This document shows, in pieces, positions 45,880-57,051 of a stretch of 64,000 bases of DNA. The DNA lies in contig JAFRUR010000053.1 in assembly GCA_017438775.1 (NCBI GenBank), forward strand, positions 2,812-66,811, written 5' to 3'. Source of the stretch: Lachnospiraceae bacterium (GTDB lineage Bacteria > Bacillota > Clostridia > Lachnospirales > Lachnospiraceae). A model generated the notes under the pieces. It saw nothing but the letters and a program-made list of their open reading frames with translations, did no database searches and was not told where the DNA came from. The translations under genes and the position numbers were made by a program. Within the stretch, counting starts at the first letter, position 1. Each line of letters opens with the position of its first letter.

Positions 45880-48800
45880 TATTGCAAAGGAGCTGGGACT
45901 GTCCAGTAAGGACGTCCTGGAATTGTTAAAGACAATGGGGCATGAACTGTCCTCGACTTCGAGTTCCGTGGATAACGACGTGGCCGATCAGCTGAAGGCC
46001 GCGATCGTCGGCGCCGCGAAAAAGGCATCCGCGCAGAAACCGGCGGAGCCGAAGACGGAGGCCCCCAAGGCGCCGGCCGCGGAAAAGCCCGCTGCTGCAA
46101 AGCCCGCTGCGCCCGCGCAGAAGGCCGAGCCGGCGCAGCCCGCACCCGAGAAGGCGCCGCAGGGCGCTGCCCCGGAGAAGCCCGCAGAGCCAGTGAAGAA
46201 GCGCGTGTCTGTGGTGTTCCGTTCGCAGAACGCCGGTTCGAACCGCGGCGGAAGACCCGGCCAGGGAGGTTACGGCAGACCCGGTCAGGGCGGCTATGGC
46301 AGACCCGGCCAGGGTTACGGCGGACAGGGCCAGCGCCCGGCCCAGCAGGGAAGACCCGGACAGGTCAACCCCGGGCAGGCGAACGGCCGCAGACTCGGTA
46401 TCCCGCAGGGAGCCCGCTCCGTGGAGGAAGTGGAGGCCGAGAAGCGCCGTCGCATCCTGCAGGAGAAGAAGGAGGCCGAGGAGCGCGCTGCGGCGGCAGC
46501 CGCGAAGCGCGAGGCAGAGCTGGAAGCGGCCAGAAAGGCCGCGGAGGAAGCCGCTGCCCGCGAGGCCGAACAGAAGAAACAGCAGGAGGCTGAGGCCGCC
46601 GCAAAGGCCGCGAAGTCTGCGGAGTCCGAGAAGCCCGCGGAGCCCGTGAAGCCTGTGGAACCCGTGAAGCCTGCAGAACCTGTGAAGCCCGAAGTGCCCG
46701 TGGAGCCTGAGATCGTCATCCCCCGCATGACGGAGGAGGAGAAGGCGGAACTGGCGCGTCTGGAGGCCCAGAAGAAGGAACAGGAGCGCCTCCGCGAGGA
46801 GGCTGCCCGCCGCGTGGCGCTGATGCGCGCGCAGGAGGCGGAGGCCAACCGTCCGAAGGAGTCCCGCGAGCGCACGCCCCGCACGCCCGGACAGGGCGGC
46901 TACAACCGCGGCGGTCAGGGAAGGCCCGGCCAGGGCGCGCGTCCCGGCCAGGGAGGTCCCGGACAGGGCGGCTACAGCCGCGGCGGACAGGGAAGGCCCG
47001 GCCAGGGCGGCCCCGGACAGGGCGGCTATAACCGCGGCGGTCAGGGAAGACCCGGTCAGGGCGCTCCCGCGCAGGGTGGCGCCCCCGCAGGCGGTGCCGG
47101 CAAGGGCGGCGGAAAGCGCTCCGACAGCAAGAAGAAGGATTACCGCAAGGACGACCGCTTCAACAAGGAAGAGGTCGGCAAGAACGGCAAGCGCCCGAAC
47201 AAGGCTGATTTTGTCCAGCAGCGCGCGCAGGAGAAGGTGGAGCCTGAGATCAAGGTCATCGTGCTTCCCGAGTCCCTGACGATCAAGGAACTGGCGGACA
47301 AGATGAAGCTGCAGGCGTCCGCCATCGTCAAGAAGCTCTTCCTGGAAGGCAAGATCGTGACCATCAACCAGGAGATCGACTTCGAGACCGCGGAGAATAT
47401 CGCTCTGAGCTACGACGTCCTAGTGGAAAAGGAAGAGAAGGTCGACGTTCTCGCGGAGCTCCTCAAGGACGAGGACGATCCCGAGGAGACCCTGGTCGAG
47501 CGTCCGCCCGTCATCTGCGTGATGGGTCACGTCGACCACGGCAAGACCTCCCTTCTGGATGCGATCCGCAAGACCAACGTGACCTCCCGCGAGGCGGGCG
47601 GAATCACGCAGCATATCGGCGCCTACATGGTGGAGATCAACGGAAGGAAGATCACCTTCCTGGATACGCCCGGACACGAGGCCTTCACGGCTATGCGTCT
47701 GCGCGGCGCCCAGTCCACCGATATCGCCGTTCTGGTCGTTGCCGCGGATGACGGCGTCATGCCGCAGACCGTGGAGGCCATCAACCACGCGAAGGCCGCC
47801 GGCGTCGACGTCATCGTCGCCGTCAACAAGATGGATAAGCCCGGCGCCAACCTCGACCGCGTGAAGCAGGAACTCTCCGAACACGAACTGGTGCCGGAGG
47901 ACTGGGGCGGATCCACCGTCTTCGTGCCTGTTTCCGCCAAGACCGGCGAGGGCATCACGGACCTGCTGGAGATGATCCTTCTCTCCGCGGACGTGCTGGA
48001 GCTGCGCGCGAATCCGAACCGCAGAGCCAGAGGCCTTGTGCTTGAGGCCAAACTGGACAAGGGCCGCGGCCCCGTGGCCACCGTCCTGGTGCAGAAGGGT
48101 ACCCTCCATGTGGGCGACAACGTGGCTGTCGGTTCCTGCTACGGCAAGGTCCGCGCCATGATCGACGACCAGGGACGCCTTGTGAAGCAGGCGACGCCCT
48201 CCACGCCCGTGGAGATTCTGGGCCTGTCCGACGTCCCCGGCGCCGGCGAGGTGTTCGTCCAGACCGAGAACGACAAGGAGGCCAGGAGCTTTGCCGAGAC
48301 CTTCGTGCGCGAGGGCAGAGAGAAACTTCTGGAGGAGACCCGTGCCCGCATGAGCCTGGACGACCTCTTCAGCCAGATCCAGGCCGGCAACCTCAAGGAA
48401 CTCAACCTTGTGGTCAAGGCCGACGTGCAGGGTTCTGTCGAGGCCGTGAAGCAGTCCCTGACCAAGCTTTCCAACGACGAGGTCGTGGTCAAGGTCATCC
48501 ACAGCGGTGTCGGCGCCATCAACGAATCCGACGTCACCCTGGCCAGCGCTTCGAGCGCCATCATCATCGGCTTTAACGTCAAGCCCGACGCGACGGCCCG
48601 CGGAATCGCGGAGCGCGAGAAGGTCGACGTGCGTCTCTACAACGTGATCTACCAGGCCATCGAGGACATCGAGAACGCCATGAAGGGCATGCTCGATCCG
48701 ATCTACGAGGAGCAGGTGATCGGCCACGCGGTCGTGCGCCAGACCTTCAAGGCCAGCGGCGTCGGCACCATCGCCGGTTCCTACATCCTGGACGGCAAGT

Positions 48801-49000
48801 TCCAGCGCAACGCGAAGGTCCGCATCAGCCGCGGCGGCGAGCAGATCTACGAGGGCGCCCTGACGTCCCTGAAGCGCTTCAAGGACGACGTGAAGGAAGT
48901 GAACGCCGGCTATGAGTGCGGTCTCGTCTTTGACAAATTCAACGATCTGAAGGAGGACGACACCATCGAGGCCTACATCATGGTGGAGGTCCCCAGGTAA
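45857..49000 (+). CDS. infB: translation initiation factor IF-2 with long low-complexity N-terminal region
   Basis: [14 protein letters not shown], the GTPase G1 [17 protein letters not shown] and NKMD are present. The product is 1047 aa. Confidence 0.96.
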   Translation: MGKKRVYDIAKELGLSSKDVLELLKTMGHELSSTSSSVDNDVADQLKAAIVGAAKKASAQKPAEPKTEAPKAPAAEKPAAAKPAAPAQKAEPAQPAPEKAPQGAAPEKPAEPVKKRVSVVFRSQNAGSNRGGRPGQGGYGRPGQGGYGRPGQGYGGQGQRPAQQGRPGQVNPGQANGRRLGIPQGARSVEEVEAEKRRRILQEKKEAEERAAAAAAKREAELEAARKAAEEAAAREAEQKKQQEAEAAAKAAKSAESEKPAEPVKPVEPVKPAEPVKPEVPVEPEIVIPRMTEEEKAELARLEAQKKEQERLREEAARRVALMRAQEAEANRPKESRERTPRTPGQGGYNRGGQGRPGQGARPGQGGPGQGGYSRGGQGRPGQGGPGQGGYNRGGQGRPGQGAPAQGGAPAGGAGKGGGKRSDSKKKDYRKDDRFNKEEVGKNGKRPNKADFVQQRAQEKVEPEIKVIVLPESLTIKELADKMKLQASAIVKKLFLEGKIVTINQEIDFETAENIALSYDVLVEKEEKVDVLAELLKDEDDPEETLVERPPVICVMGHVDHGKTSLLDAIRKTNVTSREAGGITQHIGAYMVEINGRKITFLDTPGHEAFTAMRLRGAQSTDIAVLVVAADDGVMPQTVEAINHAKAAGVDVIVAVNKMDKPGANLDRVKQELSEHELVPEDWGGSTVFVPVSAKTGEGITDLLEMILLSADVLELRANPNRRARGLVLEAKLDKGRGPVATVLVQKGTLHVGDNVAVGSCYGKVRAMIDDQGRLVKQATPSTPVEILGLSDVPGAGEVFVQTENDKEARSFAETFVREGREKLLEETRARMSLDDLFSQIQAGNLKELNLVVKADVQGSVEAVKQSLTKLSNDEVVVKVIHSGVGAINESDVTLASASSAIIIGFNVKPDATARGIAEREKVDVRLYNVIYQAIEDIENAMKGMLDPIYEEQVIGHAVVRQTFKASGVGTIAGSYILDGKFQRNAKVRISRGGEQIYEGALTSLKRFKDDVKEVNAGYECGLVFDKFNDLKEDDTIEAYIMVEVPR
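46255..47110 (+). repeat. in-frame Gly/Gln/Pro/Arg/Tyr-rich nucleotide repeats within infB
   Basis: Repeated CCGGACAGGGCGGCTAyArCCGCGGCGGwCAGGGAAGrCCCGGyCAGGGC units lie around 46888-47063. Related GRPGQGGY units lie at 46255-46330. An E/A/K-rich block lies between them. Confidence 0.8.
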
Positions 49001-49018
49001 GCCCGAAAGGAGTTTGCC

Positions 49019-49405
49019 ATGCGTAAAAACAGCGTAAAGAACGTCCGGATCAACGCGGAGGTGCAGCGCGCCCTGTCGGAGATCATCCGGACCGAAGTGA
49101 AGGATCCGCGGATCGACCCCCTCACCAGCGTCACGCTGGTGGAGGTCGCCCCGGACCTGAAGACCTGCAAGGCCTATATCAGCGTGTTGGGCGGAGAAGA
49201 GAGCGGGAAGGAAACCCTGGCCGGTCTCAAAAACGCGGCTCCCTTTATCCGGAGCCTTCTGGCGCGCCGGATCAACCTGCGCAACACCCCGGAGATCCGC
49301 TTCATTCTGGACACCTCGATCGCCTACGGCGTGCGGATGACCAAACTGATCGACGATGCCGTCGCGCAGATTCCGGAGCGGGAGGAAGAAGATGAAGAGG
49401 CTTGA
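49019..49405 (+). CDS. rbfA: ribosome-binding factor A
   Basis: RINAEVQRALSEIIRTEVKDPRI is typical RbfA. Confidence 0.92.
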   Translation: MRKNSVKNVRINAEVQRALSEIIRTEVKDPRIDPLTSVTLVEVAPDLKTCKAYISVLGGEESGKETLAGLKNAAPFIRSLLARRINLRNTPEIRFILDTSIAYGVRMTKLIDDAVAQIPEREEEDEEA

Positions 49406-50336
49406 CGACATCCTGTCGGGAGCGGGCCGCATCCTGGTGACCGGACACGTCCGCCCCGATGGTGACTGTGTGGGCGCCTGCCTTGCGGTGCGCGCCTACG
49501 CCGCCGCGGCCTTTCCGGAGGCGCAGGTCGACGTGTGTCTGGAGCCGTTTTCGCCGACCTTTGATTTCCTGAAGGGCTCCGGAGACGTCATCGCCGCCCC
49601 GGAGGGAGCCTACGACCTTGTCCTGGTGCTGGACGCCAGCAGCTTCGACCGCATCACGGAGAGCGCCGTTCCTGCCTTTCAGACGGCCGGCAGGACCTTC
49701 TGCATCGATCATCATGTGACCAACACGATGTTCGCGCAGGAGACCCACGTGGAGGCGGAGGCCAGCTCCACCTGCGAAGTCCTCTTCGGACTGATGCGGG
49801 AGGACCGGATCGACGCGGAGATCGCGCGCTGCCTGTATCTGGGAATCGTGCATGACACGGGCGTCTTCAAGCATTCCAACACCGGGGAGCGCACGATGCG
49901 GATCGCCGGGCGTCTGATCAGCCTTGGCGCCGTGCCCGCACGGATCATCGACGACACGTTCTACGCGAAGACCTTCGTGCAGAACCGCCTCCTGGGCAGG
50001 GCTCTTGTGCGTGCGCAGCTTTTCTGCGACGGCGCGATCGTCTGCTCCTGGATCTCGAAGGAGGATCTCGATCGCGAGGGCGCCGGGAGCCAGGACATCG
50101 AGGGCATCATCGACCAGCTGCGCGTCACGCAGGGCACCCGGATCGCGGTGTTCCTGTACGAACTGGCGCTGAATGAATGGAAGGTGAGCCTGCGCGCGAA
50201 CGACACCGTGGACGTCGCTGCCGTCGCCGCGGAGTTCGGAGGCGGGGGCCACGTGAAGGCGGCCGGCTGTTCCCTGAGCGGTTCGCTCAATGACTGCGCG
50301 AATACGCTTCTGGAGCGCCTGGCGCAGGAAGTGTAA
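49392..50336 (+). CDS. nrnA: DHH/DHHA1 family phosphoesterase (NrnA-like oligoribonuclease/pAp phosphatase)
   Basis: HVRPDGDCVGA, IDHH and GGGGH motifs are present. The start overlaps the rbfA 3' end. Confidence 0.85.
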   Translation: MKRLDDILSGAGRILVTGHVRPDGDCVGACLAVRAYAAAAFPEAQVDVCLEPFSPTFDFLKGSGDVIAAPEGAYDLVLVLDASSFDRITESAVPAFQTAGRTFCIDHHVTNTMFAQETHVEAEASSTCEVLFGLMREDRIDAEIARCLYLGIVHDTGVFKHSNTGERTMRIAGRLISLGAVPARIIDDTFYAKTFVQNRLLGRALVRAQLFCDGAIVCSWISKEDLDREGAGSQDIEGIIDQLRVTQGTRIAVFLYELALNEWKVSLRANDTVDVAAVAAEFGGGGHVKAAGCSLSGSLNDCANTLLERLAQEV

Positions 50337-50348
50337 AGGAGAAGCCGT

Positions 50349-51254
50349 TTGAACGGGATCCTGAATGTGTATAAAGAGCAGGGATATACCTCTCACGACG
50401 TCGTTGCCCGTCTGAGAGGTATTCTGCATATGAAAAGGATCGGCCACACGGGGACGCTGGATCCGATGGCGGAAGGCGTCCTTCCGGTCTGTGTGGGCTC
50501 CGCGACCCGTCTGAGCGAATTCCTGACGGAGAAGGAGAAGACCTACGAGGCTTCGGCCGTCCTGGGGCGGGAGACCGACACGCAGGACGCCACCGGACAG
50601 ATCCTGCGCGAGCGTCCCGCGGAGGCGGCTCTCGTCACGCGGGAGATGCTGGAGACGGCCCTGTTGTCTTTCCTCGGAGATTACGACCAGATTCCGCCGA
50701 TGTACTCCGCCCTGAAAGTGGACGGGAAAAAACTCTACGAGCTGGCCCGCAAGGGGAAAGAAGTGGAACGCGCGCCGCGCCGCGTGCGGATCGAACACAT
50801 CGAGCTGCTTTCCGCGGACCTTCCCGCCTTTTCATTTCGCGTGACCTGTTCCCGCGGGACCTATGTGCGCACCCTGTGCGCGGACCTGGGAGACAGGCTC
50901 GGCTGCGGGGCGGTGATGTCGTCGCTTCTGCGCACGCAGAGCGGGACCTTCTCATTGGAAGAGTCCCGTACGCTGGCGCAGATCGAAGCGGCCGTAAAAG
51001 AAGACCGTCTGGGGGACATTCTGCTTCCGGTGGAATATCCCTTCCTGGGCCGCGCCGCGGTGCATGTGCGCGGCGACGGAGAGAAGTATCTGCAGAACGG
51101 GAACCCGCTGCGCCCGGAACACGTGGACGCCTTCCCGCAGAGCGGTGAGGTGCGCGTGTATGACGCTTCGGGGGCGTTTGCTGCCCTGTACCGCACCGAT
51201 GCCGAACGCGGCCTTCTGTGGCCGGTCAAAATGTTTCTGGACAGAAGATCATGA
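50349..51254 (+). CDS. truB: tRNA pseudouridine(55) synthase
   Basis: TTG start 7 nt after AAGGAG. GILNVYKEQGYTSHDVV and HTGTLDPMAEGVLPV, containing the catalytic Asp, are present. Confidence 0.93.
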   Translation: MNGILNVYKEQGYTSHDVVARLRGILHMKRIGHTGTLDPMAEGVLPVCVGSATRLSEFLTEKEKTYEASAVLGRETDTQDATGQILRERPAEAALVTREMLETALLSFLGDYDQIPPMYSALKVDGKKLYELARKGKEVERAPRRVRIEHIELLSADLPAFSFRVTCSRGTYVRTLCADLGDRLGCGAVMSSLLRTQSGTFSLEESRTLAQIEAAVKEDRLGDILLPVEYPFLGRAAVHVRGDGEKYLQNGNPLRPEHVDAFPQSGEVRVYDASGAFAALYRTDAERGLLWPVKMFLDRRS

Positions 51255-52174
51255 GAATTTACGCGGACTATCGCGAGGTCCCGGAGGGAATTCCCTCCGC
51301 GGTCACGCTTGGAAAATTTGACGGCCTGCATCTGGGCCACCGGCTGCTGATGGACCGCCTGCGGGCGGCCGGGGCGCAGGGCCTTCGCACCGTGGTGTTC
51401 ACGTTTGCTGGCCCCGTGGGCGCAGCGGCCGGAGCCGCGCCGGTTCCGGTGCTCCTCACGCGGGAGGAACGGCGTCTGCTTCTGGAGGACTGCGGCGTCG
51501 ATGTCCTGATCGAGCAGAACTTCGCTGCGGTCAGGGACCTCGAGGCGGAGGACTTCCTGGCCTGCGTCTTAAAGCAGCGGCTCGGGGCCGAGCGCATCAT
51601 CTGCGGTGAGGATTTCCGCTTCGGAAAACGGCGCGCCGGCGATGCCGCCATGCTGGAGAGGCTCGCGGAGCCGATGGCGTATGCGGCGGAGGTCTGCGAG
51701 AAACTGCGCGACGAGGGAGAGGAGGTCTCCTCGACCCTGGTGCGGCGCCTGGTCGCGGAGGGACAGATCGAGCGCGCGGCGCGGCTTTTGGACGGCGGCT
51801 ATCCGGTGTTCGGGACCGTGGTGCACGGGACGCGCCTGGGACACGTTCTGGGCACGCCCACGCTCAACCAGATCCTGCCTTCGGATAAACTCCTGCCGCC
51901 GAACGGCGTCTATCTTTCCCGCGTGTACGCGGACGGCGCCTGGCACCGCGGGATCACCAATATCGGCACCAAGCCGACGGTGTCGGGAGAGGGCCGGCGC
52001 GGAGCGGAGACCCATCTGCTGGATCCGGTGGGAGAGCTGTACGGACAGGAGATCCGCGTGTATCTGCAGGCCTTCCTGCGCCCGGAGCAGAAGTTCGCGG
52101 ACATGGAGTCCCTGGCTGCGCAGATCCGCTGGGACATCCGGGCCGCGCAGGCCATGCTGGAAAAGGCGGACTGA
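51251..52174 (+). CDS. ribF: bifunctional riboflavin kinase / FAD synthetase
   Basis: LGKFDGLHLGH (FMN adenylyltransferase) and the C-terminal PTLN...E.H riboflavin kinase region are present. The start overlaps the truB stop. Confidence 0.92.
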   Translation: MRIYADYREVPEGIPSAVTLGKFDGLHLGHRLLMDRLRAAGAQGLRTVVFTFAGPVGAAAGAAPVPVLLTREERRLLLEDCGVDVLIEQNFAAVRDLEAEDFLACVLKQRLGAERIICGEDFRFGKRRAGDAAMLERLAEPMAYAAEVCEKLRDEGEEVSSTLVRRLVAEGQIERAARLLDGGYPVFGTVVHGTRLGHVLGTPTLNQILPSDKLLPPNGVYLSRVYADGAWHRGITNIGTKPTVSGEGRRGAETHLLDPVGELYGQEIRVYLQAFLRPEQKFADMESLAAQIRWDIRAAQAMLEKAD

Positions 52175-52219
52175 GGGACTGGAAACATATCTGTAACAAC
52201 TCATCGGAGCATTCAGGTG

Positions 52220-52247
52220 AAAAACCCACGGGATTCGTGGGTTTTTC
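52220..52247 (+). terminator. intrinsic terminator after ribF
   Basis: ACCCACG-ggatt-CGTGGGT is flanked by an A-run and followed by TTTTT. Confidence 0.85.
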
Positions 52248-52285
52248 GCGTTATATCCGGTCAAAACGATGTCATACCGCGAGGG

Positions 52286-52314
52286 TTGACAAATGTTTGC
52301 CGCAATGTTACAAT
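52286..52314 (+). promoter_or_regulatory. consensus promoter for the NlpC/P60 gene (extended -10)
   Basis: TTGACA (52286-52291), a 17-nt spacer, then TGtTACAAT (-10 hexamer 52309-52314). Confidence 0.75.
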
Positions 52315-52319
52315 GCGCC

Positions 52320-52347
52320 TGTAACAATTCGTAACATTTTCGTAACA
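52320..52347 (+). promoter_or_regulatory. three GTAACA direct repeats at 10/11-bp phasing (WalR-like TGTWAH-N5-TGTWAH)
   Basis: tGTAACAattcGTAACAttttcGTAACA has hexamers at 52321, 52331 and 52342, immediately downstream of the -10. Confidence 0.5.
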
Positions 52348-52372
52348 ACACTTGAGTGTTTTCGTTTAGTTT

Positions 52373-53581
52373 ATGAGAAAAGCCTTTTTCAAAATTTCAG
52401 CACTTCTTCTGGCCGCCAGCGTGTCCGTGACTTCGCTGGCCGCTGGTTTGCTCCCGAATTCCGCGGTTTCTGCGGATGATTCCTCTGTTACCGTCTCGAG
52501 TTTTTCCGCGGCTGAACTGGGCGCTGCTCTGGCCCAGGAGAGTTACTATGCCTCTTTCGGCTCCGTCGCGGTGGAAGAGAAGGCGTCCCGTTCCGGCATC
52601 ACCGGCACGCTGAGCCGTTTCTTCCGCGCATATACGAGCGGGGCTGTGGAAGAGGAAGTCACCCGCGCGCTGGACACCCTCACCTCTGACGAGGCCAGAC
52701 AGGAGCTCGAGGCCAAGACCGCCGTTGTGGATTCCTACGAGAACCTCGGCATCGCCCGTCCGACCGGCTACCTGAACGTGCGTCAGAAGGCGGATTCGTC
52801 CGCGAAGATCATCGGCAAGATGCTGCGCAACGCCGCCTGCGAGATCGTGGGAGAGAGCGGCAACTGGTACCAGATCGAATCCGGCTCCGTGAAGGGCTAC
52901 GTTTCCAAGGACTTCATCGTCACCGGAGAAGAGGCCCGCGAGATCGCCCTGGAGCACGTGGAGCACCGCGTCATCGTCACCAGCAACGGAAACCTGAACG
53001 TGCGCCAGGAGCCGTCCACGGATGCCAAGATCGTGGATAAGGTCGCCGAGAACGAGCGTTACGACGTCGAGGAATCCCTCGAAGGCTGGATCAAGATCCA
53101 TGTCGGCGTGAACGAAGACGGCAAGGACGTCTACGGCTACATTTCCTCCGAATTTGCGGACGTGCGCTACTGCCTGGCCGAGGCGGTGGAATTCACCCCC
53201 GTCTCCGCGAAGACCAAGCTCCGCACGGATCTCGTGAACTTCGCGATGCGCTACCTTGGAAACCGCTACGTGTTCGGCGGCACCAGCCTGACCGGGGGAA
53301 TCGACTGTTCCGGCTTCGTCATGCGGATTTACGAGCACTTCGGCTACAGCCTGCCGCGCACCTCCGCGGAGCAGGCGAAGATCGGCCGCCGCATCAGCTC
53401 CTCGCAGATGCAGCCCGGAGACCTGATCTTCTACACCTACGGCAGAGGACGCATCTGCCACGTCGCGATGTACATCGGCGGCGGGAAGATCATCCATGCG
53501 GCCAACTCCAAGAAGGGAATCATCATTTCCCGCTGGAACGCGAGCACCCCGGCCCGCATCATCTCGGTCATCCGCGACTGA
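52373..53581 (+). CDS. secreted C40 (NlpC/P60) peptidoglycan peptidase with SH3 domains
   Basis: A signal peptide is present, followed by two SH3b-like modules (GYLNVRQKADSSAKIIG..., GNLNVRQEPSTDAKIV...). The C-terminal NlpC/P60 core has DCSGFV and a His (HVAMYIG). Confidence 0.88.
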   Translation: MRKAFFKISALLLAASVSVTSLAAGLLPNSAVSADDSSVTVSSFSAAELGAALAQESYYASFGSVAVEEKASRSGITGTLSRFFRAYTSGAVEEEVTRALDTLTSDEARQELEAKTAVVDSYENLGIARPTGYLNVRQKADSSAKIIGKMLRNAACEIVGESGNWYQIESGSVKGYVSKDFIVTGEEAREIALEHVEHRVIVTSNGNLNVRQEPSTDAKIVDKVAENERYDVEESLEGWIKIHVGVNEDGKDVYGYISSEFADVRYCLAEAVEFTPVSAKTKLRTDLVNFAMRYLGNRYVFGGTSLTGGIDCSGFVMRIYEHFGYSLPRTSAEQAKIGRRISSSQMQPGDLIFYTYGRGRICHVAMYIGGGKIIHAANSKKGIIISRWNASTPARIISVIRD

Positions 53582-53605
53582 CCGGCTCAAGGAACAGAGA
53601 CCACG

Positions 53606-53636
53606 CCCGCGGCGCACTGCCGCGGGTTTTCTTTTT
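53606..53636 (+). terminator. intrinsic terminator after the NlpC/P60 gene
   Basis: The CCCGCGGC / GCCGCGGG stem is followed by TTTTCTTTTT. Confidence 0.8.
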
Positions 53637-53671
53637 GCCCGAAAAATGTTGAAAAATCGCGAAAAATTTGC

Positions 53672-53700
53672 TTGCATGGGCAGAGGCCCTGTGCTATATT
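53672..53700 (+). promoter_or_regulatory. rpsB-tsf promoter (extended -10)
   Basis: TTGCAT (53672-53677), a 17-nt spacer, then TGcTATATT (-10 hexamer 53695-53700). This leaves a ~100-nt leader. Confidence 0.65.
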
Positions 53701-53808
53701 GGAAAGGCTGAAAATACGCACGTCTGCCGACTTTCGAACGGTGCCGCTCTTTGGTCGATCGAGGGGATGGGGGCAGGCGGAAGAAAAAACCGAATGGAGG
53801 TAAAAAAT

Positions 53809-54573
53809 ATGAGCGTAGTTTCAATGAAGCAGCTGCTGGAAGCGGGCGTGCACTTCGGTCACCAGACCCGCCGCTGGAATCCCAAGATGGCTCCCTACAT
53901 CTACACGGAGCGCAACGGGATCCACATCATCGACCTGCAGAAGTCCGTGGGCATGGTGGAAGACGCCTACAAGGCGGTCGCTCAGATCGTCGCTGAGGGC
54001 GGCACCATCCTGTTCGTCGGCACCAAGAAGCAGGCGCAGGACGCCATCCAGACGGAGGCGGAGCGCTGCGGTATGTTCTATGTGAACCAGAGATGGCTGG
54101 GCGGCATGCTCACCAACTTCAAGACCATCCAGAGCCGTGTGGACCGCCTGAAGGCGATCGAGCGCATGGAAGTGGACGGCACCTTCGACGTCCTGCCCAA
54201 GAAGGAAGTCGCCGCTCTCGAGAAAGAGCTCGAGAAGCTGGAGAAGAACCTGGGCGGCATCAAGGAGATGAAGAGACTCCCCGACGCCATCTTCATTGTC
54301 GACCCCAAGAAGGAGCGCATCTGCGTGCAGGAAGCGCACACCCTGGGTATCCCGCTCATCGGCATCGCGGACACCAACTGTGATCCGGAAGAGCTGGACT
54401 ACGTCATCCCCGGCAACGACGACGCCATCCGTGCGGTCAAGCTGATCGTCTCCAAGATGGCCGACGCCGTGGTGGAGGCCATGCAGGGCGAGCAGTTCGG
54501 CGATGCCCTTGTCGAGGCGGAAGAGATGACCGCTCCCGAGGAAGCGGGAGAAACCGCAGAGGAGGAAGAGTAA
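53809..54573 (+). CDS. rpsB: 30S ribosomal protein S2
   Basis: [25 protein letters not shown] 53809 follows GGAGG. Confidence 0.96.
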   Translation: MSVVSMKQLLEAGVHFGHQTRRWNPKMAPYIYTERNGIHIIDLQKSVGMVEDAYKAVAQIVAEGGTILFVGTKKQAQDAIQTEAERCGMFYVNQRWLGGMLTNFKTIQSRVDRLKAIERMEVDGTFDVLPKKEVAALEKELEKLEKNLGGIKEMKRLPDAIFIVDPKKERICVQEAHTLGIPLIGIADTNCDPEELDYVIPGNDDAIRAVKLIVSKMADAVVEAMQGEQFGDALVEAEEMTAPEEAGETAEEEE

Positions 54574-54574
54574 T

Positions 54575-55516
54575 ATGGCAGCGATCACAGCAGTAATGGT
54601 GAAAGACCTGCGCGAGGTTACCGGCGCGGGCATGATGGACTGCAAGAAGGCCCTGACCGCCACCGAAGGCGATGTCGAGAAGGCCATCGACTGGCTCCGT
54701 GAGAAGGGCCTTGCCAGCGCGCAGAAGAAGGCCGGCCGCATCGCAGCGGAAGGCGTCGTGACCACCCTGGTCGCGGAAGGCGAGAAGAAGGCCGTCGTCG
54801 TGGAAGTCAACGCGGAGACCGACTTCGTTGCCAAGAACGAGAAGTTCCTCAGCTACGTCGCCGACGTCGCTGCCCAGGCCCTCAAGACCGAGGCTGCCGA
54901 TATCGAAGCCTTCATGGAAGAGGCGTGGGAGAAGGATCCGTCCCTGACCGTCCGTCAGGAGCTGTCCGAGCAGATCTCCGTCATCGGAGAGAACATGAAC
55001 ATCCGCCGTTTCCAGAAGGTGGAAGAGCCGGAAGGCCTCGTGGTGTCCTACGTCCACGGCGGCGGCAAGATCGGCGTCCTTGTGGACGTGGCTTCCGACG
55101 TTGTGAACGACGCCGTGCGTGAGATGGGCAAGAACCTGGCCATGCAGATCGCGGCCCTCAAGCCCCTCTACACCACCAACAAGGAGATCAGCGACGAGTA
55201 TAAGGCCCACGAGATCGAGATCCTGCGCGCGCAGATCGAGAACGATCCCAAGATGGCCGGCAAGCCCGCCAAGGTCATCGAGGGCGCCGTCATTGGCCGC
55301 CTGAACAAGGAACTCAAAGAGATCTGCCTGATGGACCAGACCTACGTCAAGGCCGAGGACGGCAAGCAGTCCGTCGCCGCCTACGTCGCCGAGGTCGCCA
55401 AGGCCCAGGGCGCGAACATCGCCGTGAAGGGCTTTGTCCGCTTCGAGACCGGCGAAGGCATGGCCAAGAAGGAAGAGAACTTCGCGGAGGAAGTCGCGAA
55501 GCAGATGCGGAAGTAA
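54575..55516 (+). CDS. tsf: translation elongation factor Ts
   Basis: VKDLREVTGAGMMDCKKAL is the UBA-like N-terminus. Confidence 0.96.
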   Translation: MAAITAVMVKDLREVTGAGMMDCKKALTATEGDVEKAIDWLREKGLASAQKKAGRIAAEGVVTTLVAEGEKKAVVVEVNAETDFVAKNEKFLSYVADVAAQALKTEAADIEAFMEEAWEKDPSLTVRQELSEQISVIGENMNIRRFQKVEEPEGLVVSYVHGGGKIGVLVDVASDVVNDAVREMGKNLAMQIAALKPLYTTNKEISDEYKAHEIEILRAQIENDPKMAGKPAKVIEGAVIGRLNKELKEICLMDQTYVKAEDGKQSVAAYVAEVAKAQGANIAVKGFVRFETGEGMAKKEENFAEEVAKQMRK

Positions 55517-55574
55517 GACGAAGACGATCCTTCGTGTCTGCCGTCGGTCTTTGACCGAAAAAAGAGATAAGAGT

Positions 55575-55606
55575 GGCTCTCCATCTCCGGATGGAGAGCC
55601 TTTTAT
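55575..55606 (+). terminator. intrinsic terminator after tsf
   Basis: GGCTCTCCATC-tccg-GATGGAGAGCC is followed by TTTTATT. Confidence 0.85.
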
Positions 55607-55728
55607 TGTGCCTTCGCTCTCCCGAAAACGCGATAAGCAGCCCTTGCCGCGGCGCTTTCTGTACAAAAGCGGCCCAGAGTCGCGGTTTCGGCTTTCATAA
55701 CTAAAAAAATAGTACTTTTTTTCGTTTT

Positions 55729-55768
55729 TGTCTTAACAATTAGACATTCTTTTGGTAGTATTGTCTAA
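55729..55768 (+). promoter_or_regulatory. AT-rich promoter candidate overlapped by TTAGACA/TGTCTAA inverted repeat (operator-like)
   Basis: The promoter candidate is TTAACA (55733-55738), a 17-nt spacer, then TGgTAGTAT (-10 hexamer 55756-55761). A perfect 7-bp inverted repeat TTAGACA (55740-55746) N15 TGTCTAA (55762-55768) overlaps it. A third near-copy TGTCTTA lies at 55729-55735. Confidence 0.45.
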
Positions 55769-55872
55769 AATGACGCATGCCGAGCGCAGGAAGCAGTTCC
55801 AAGCGGCGGCTTGACAGCTGCTGTACAGCGAAGCATTCGCGTACGGCATCGACACATGAGGAGGATGTGATT

Positions 55873-57051
<1,179 letters not shown>

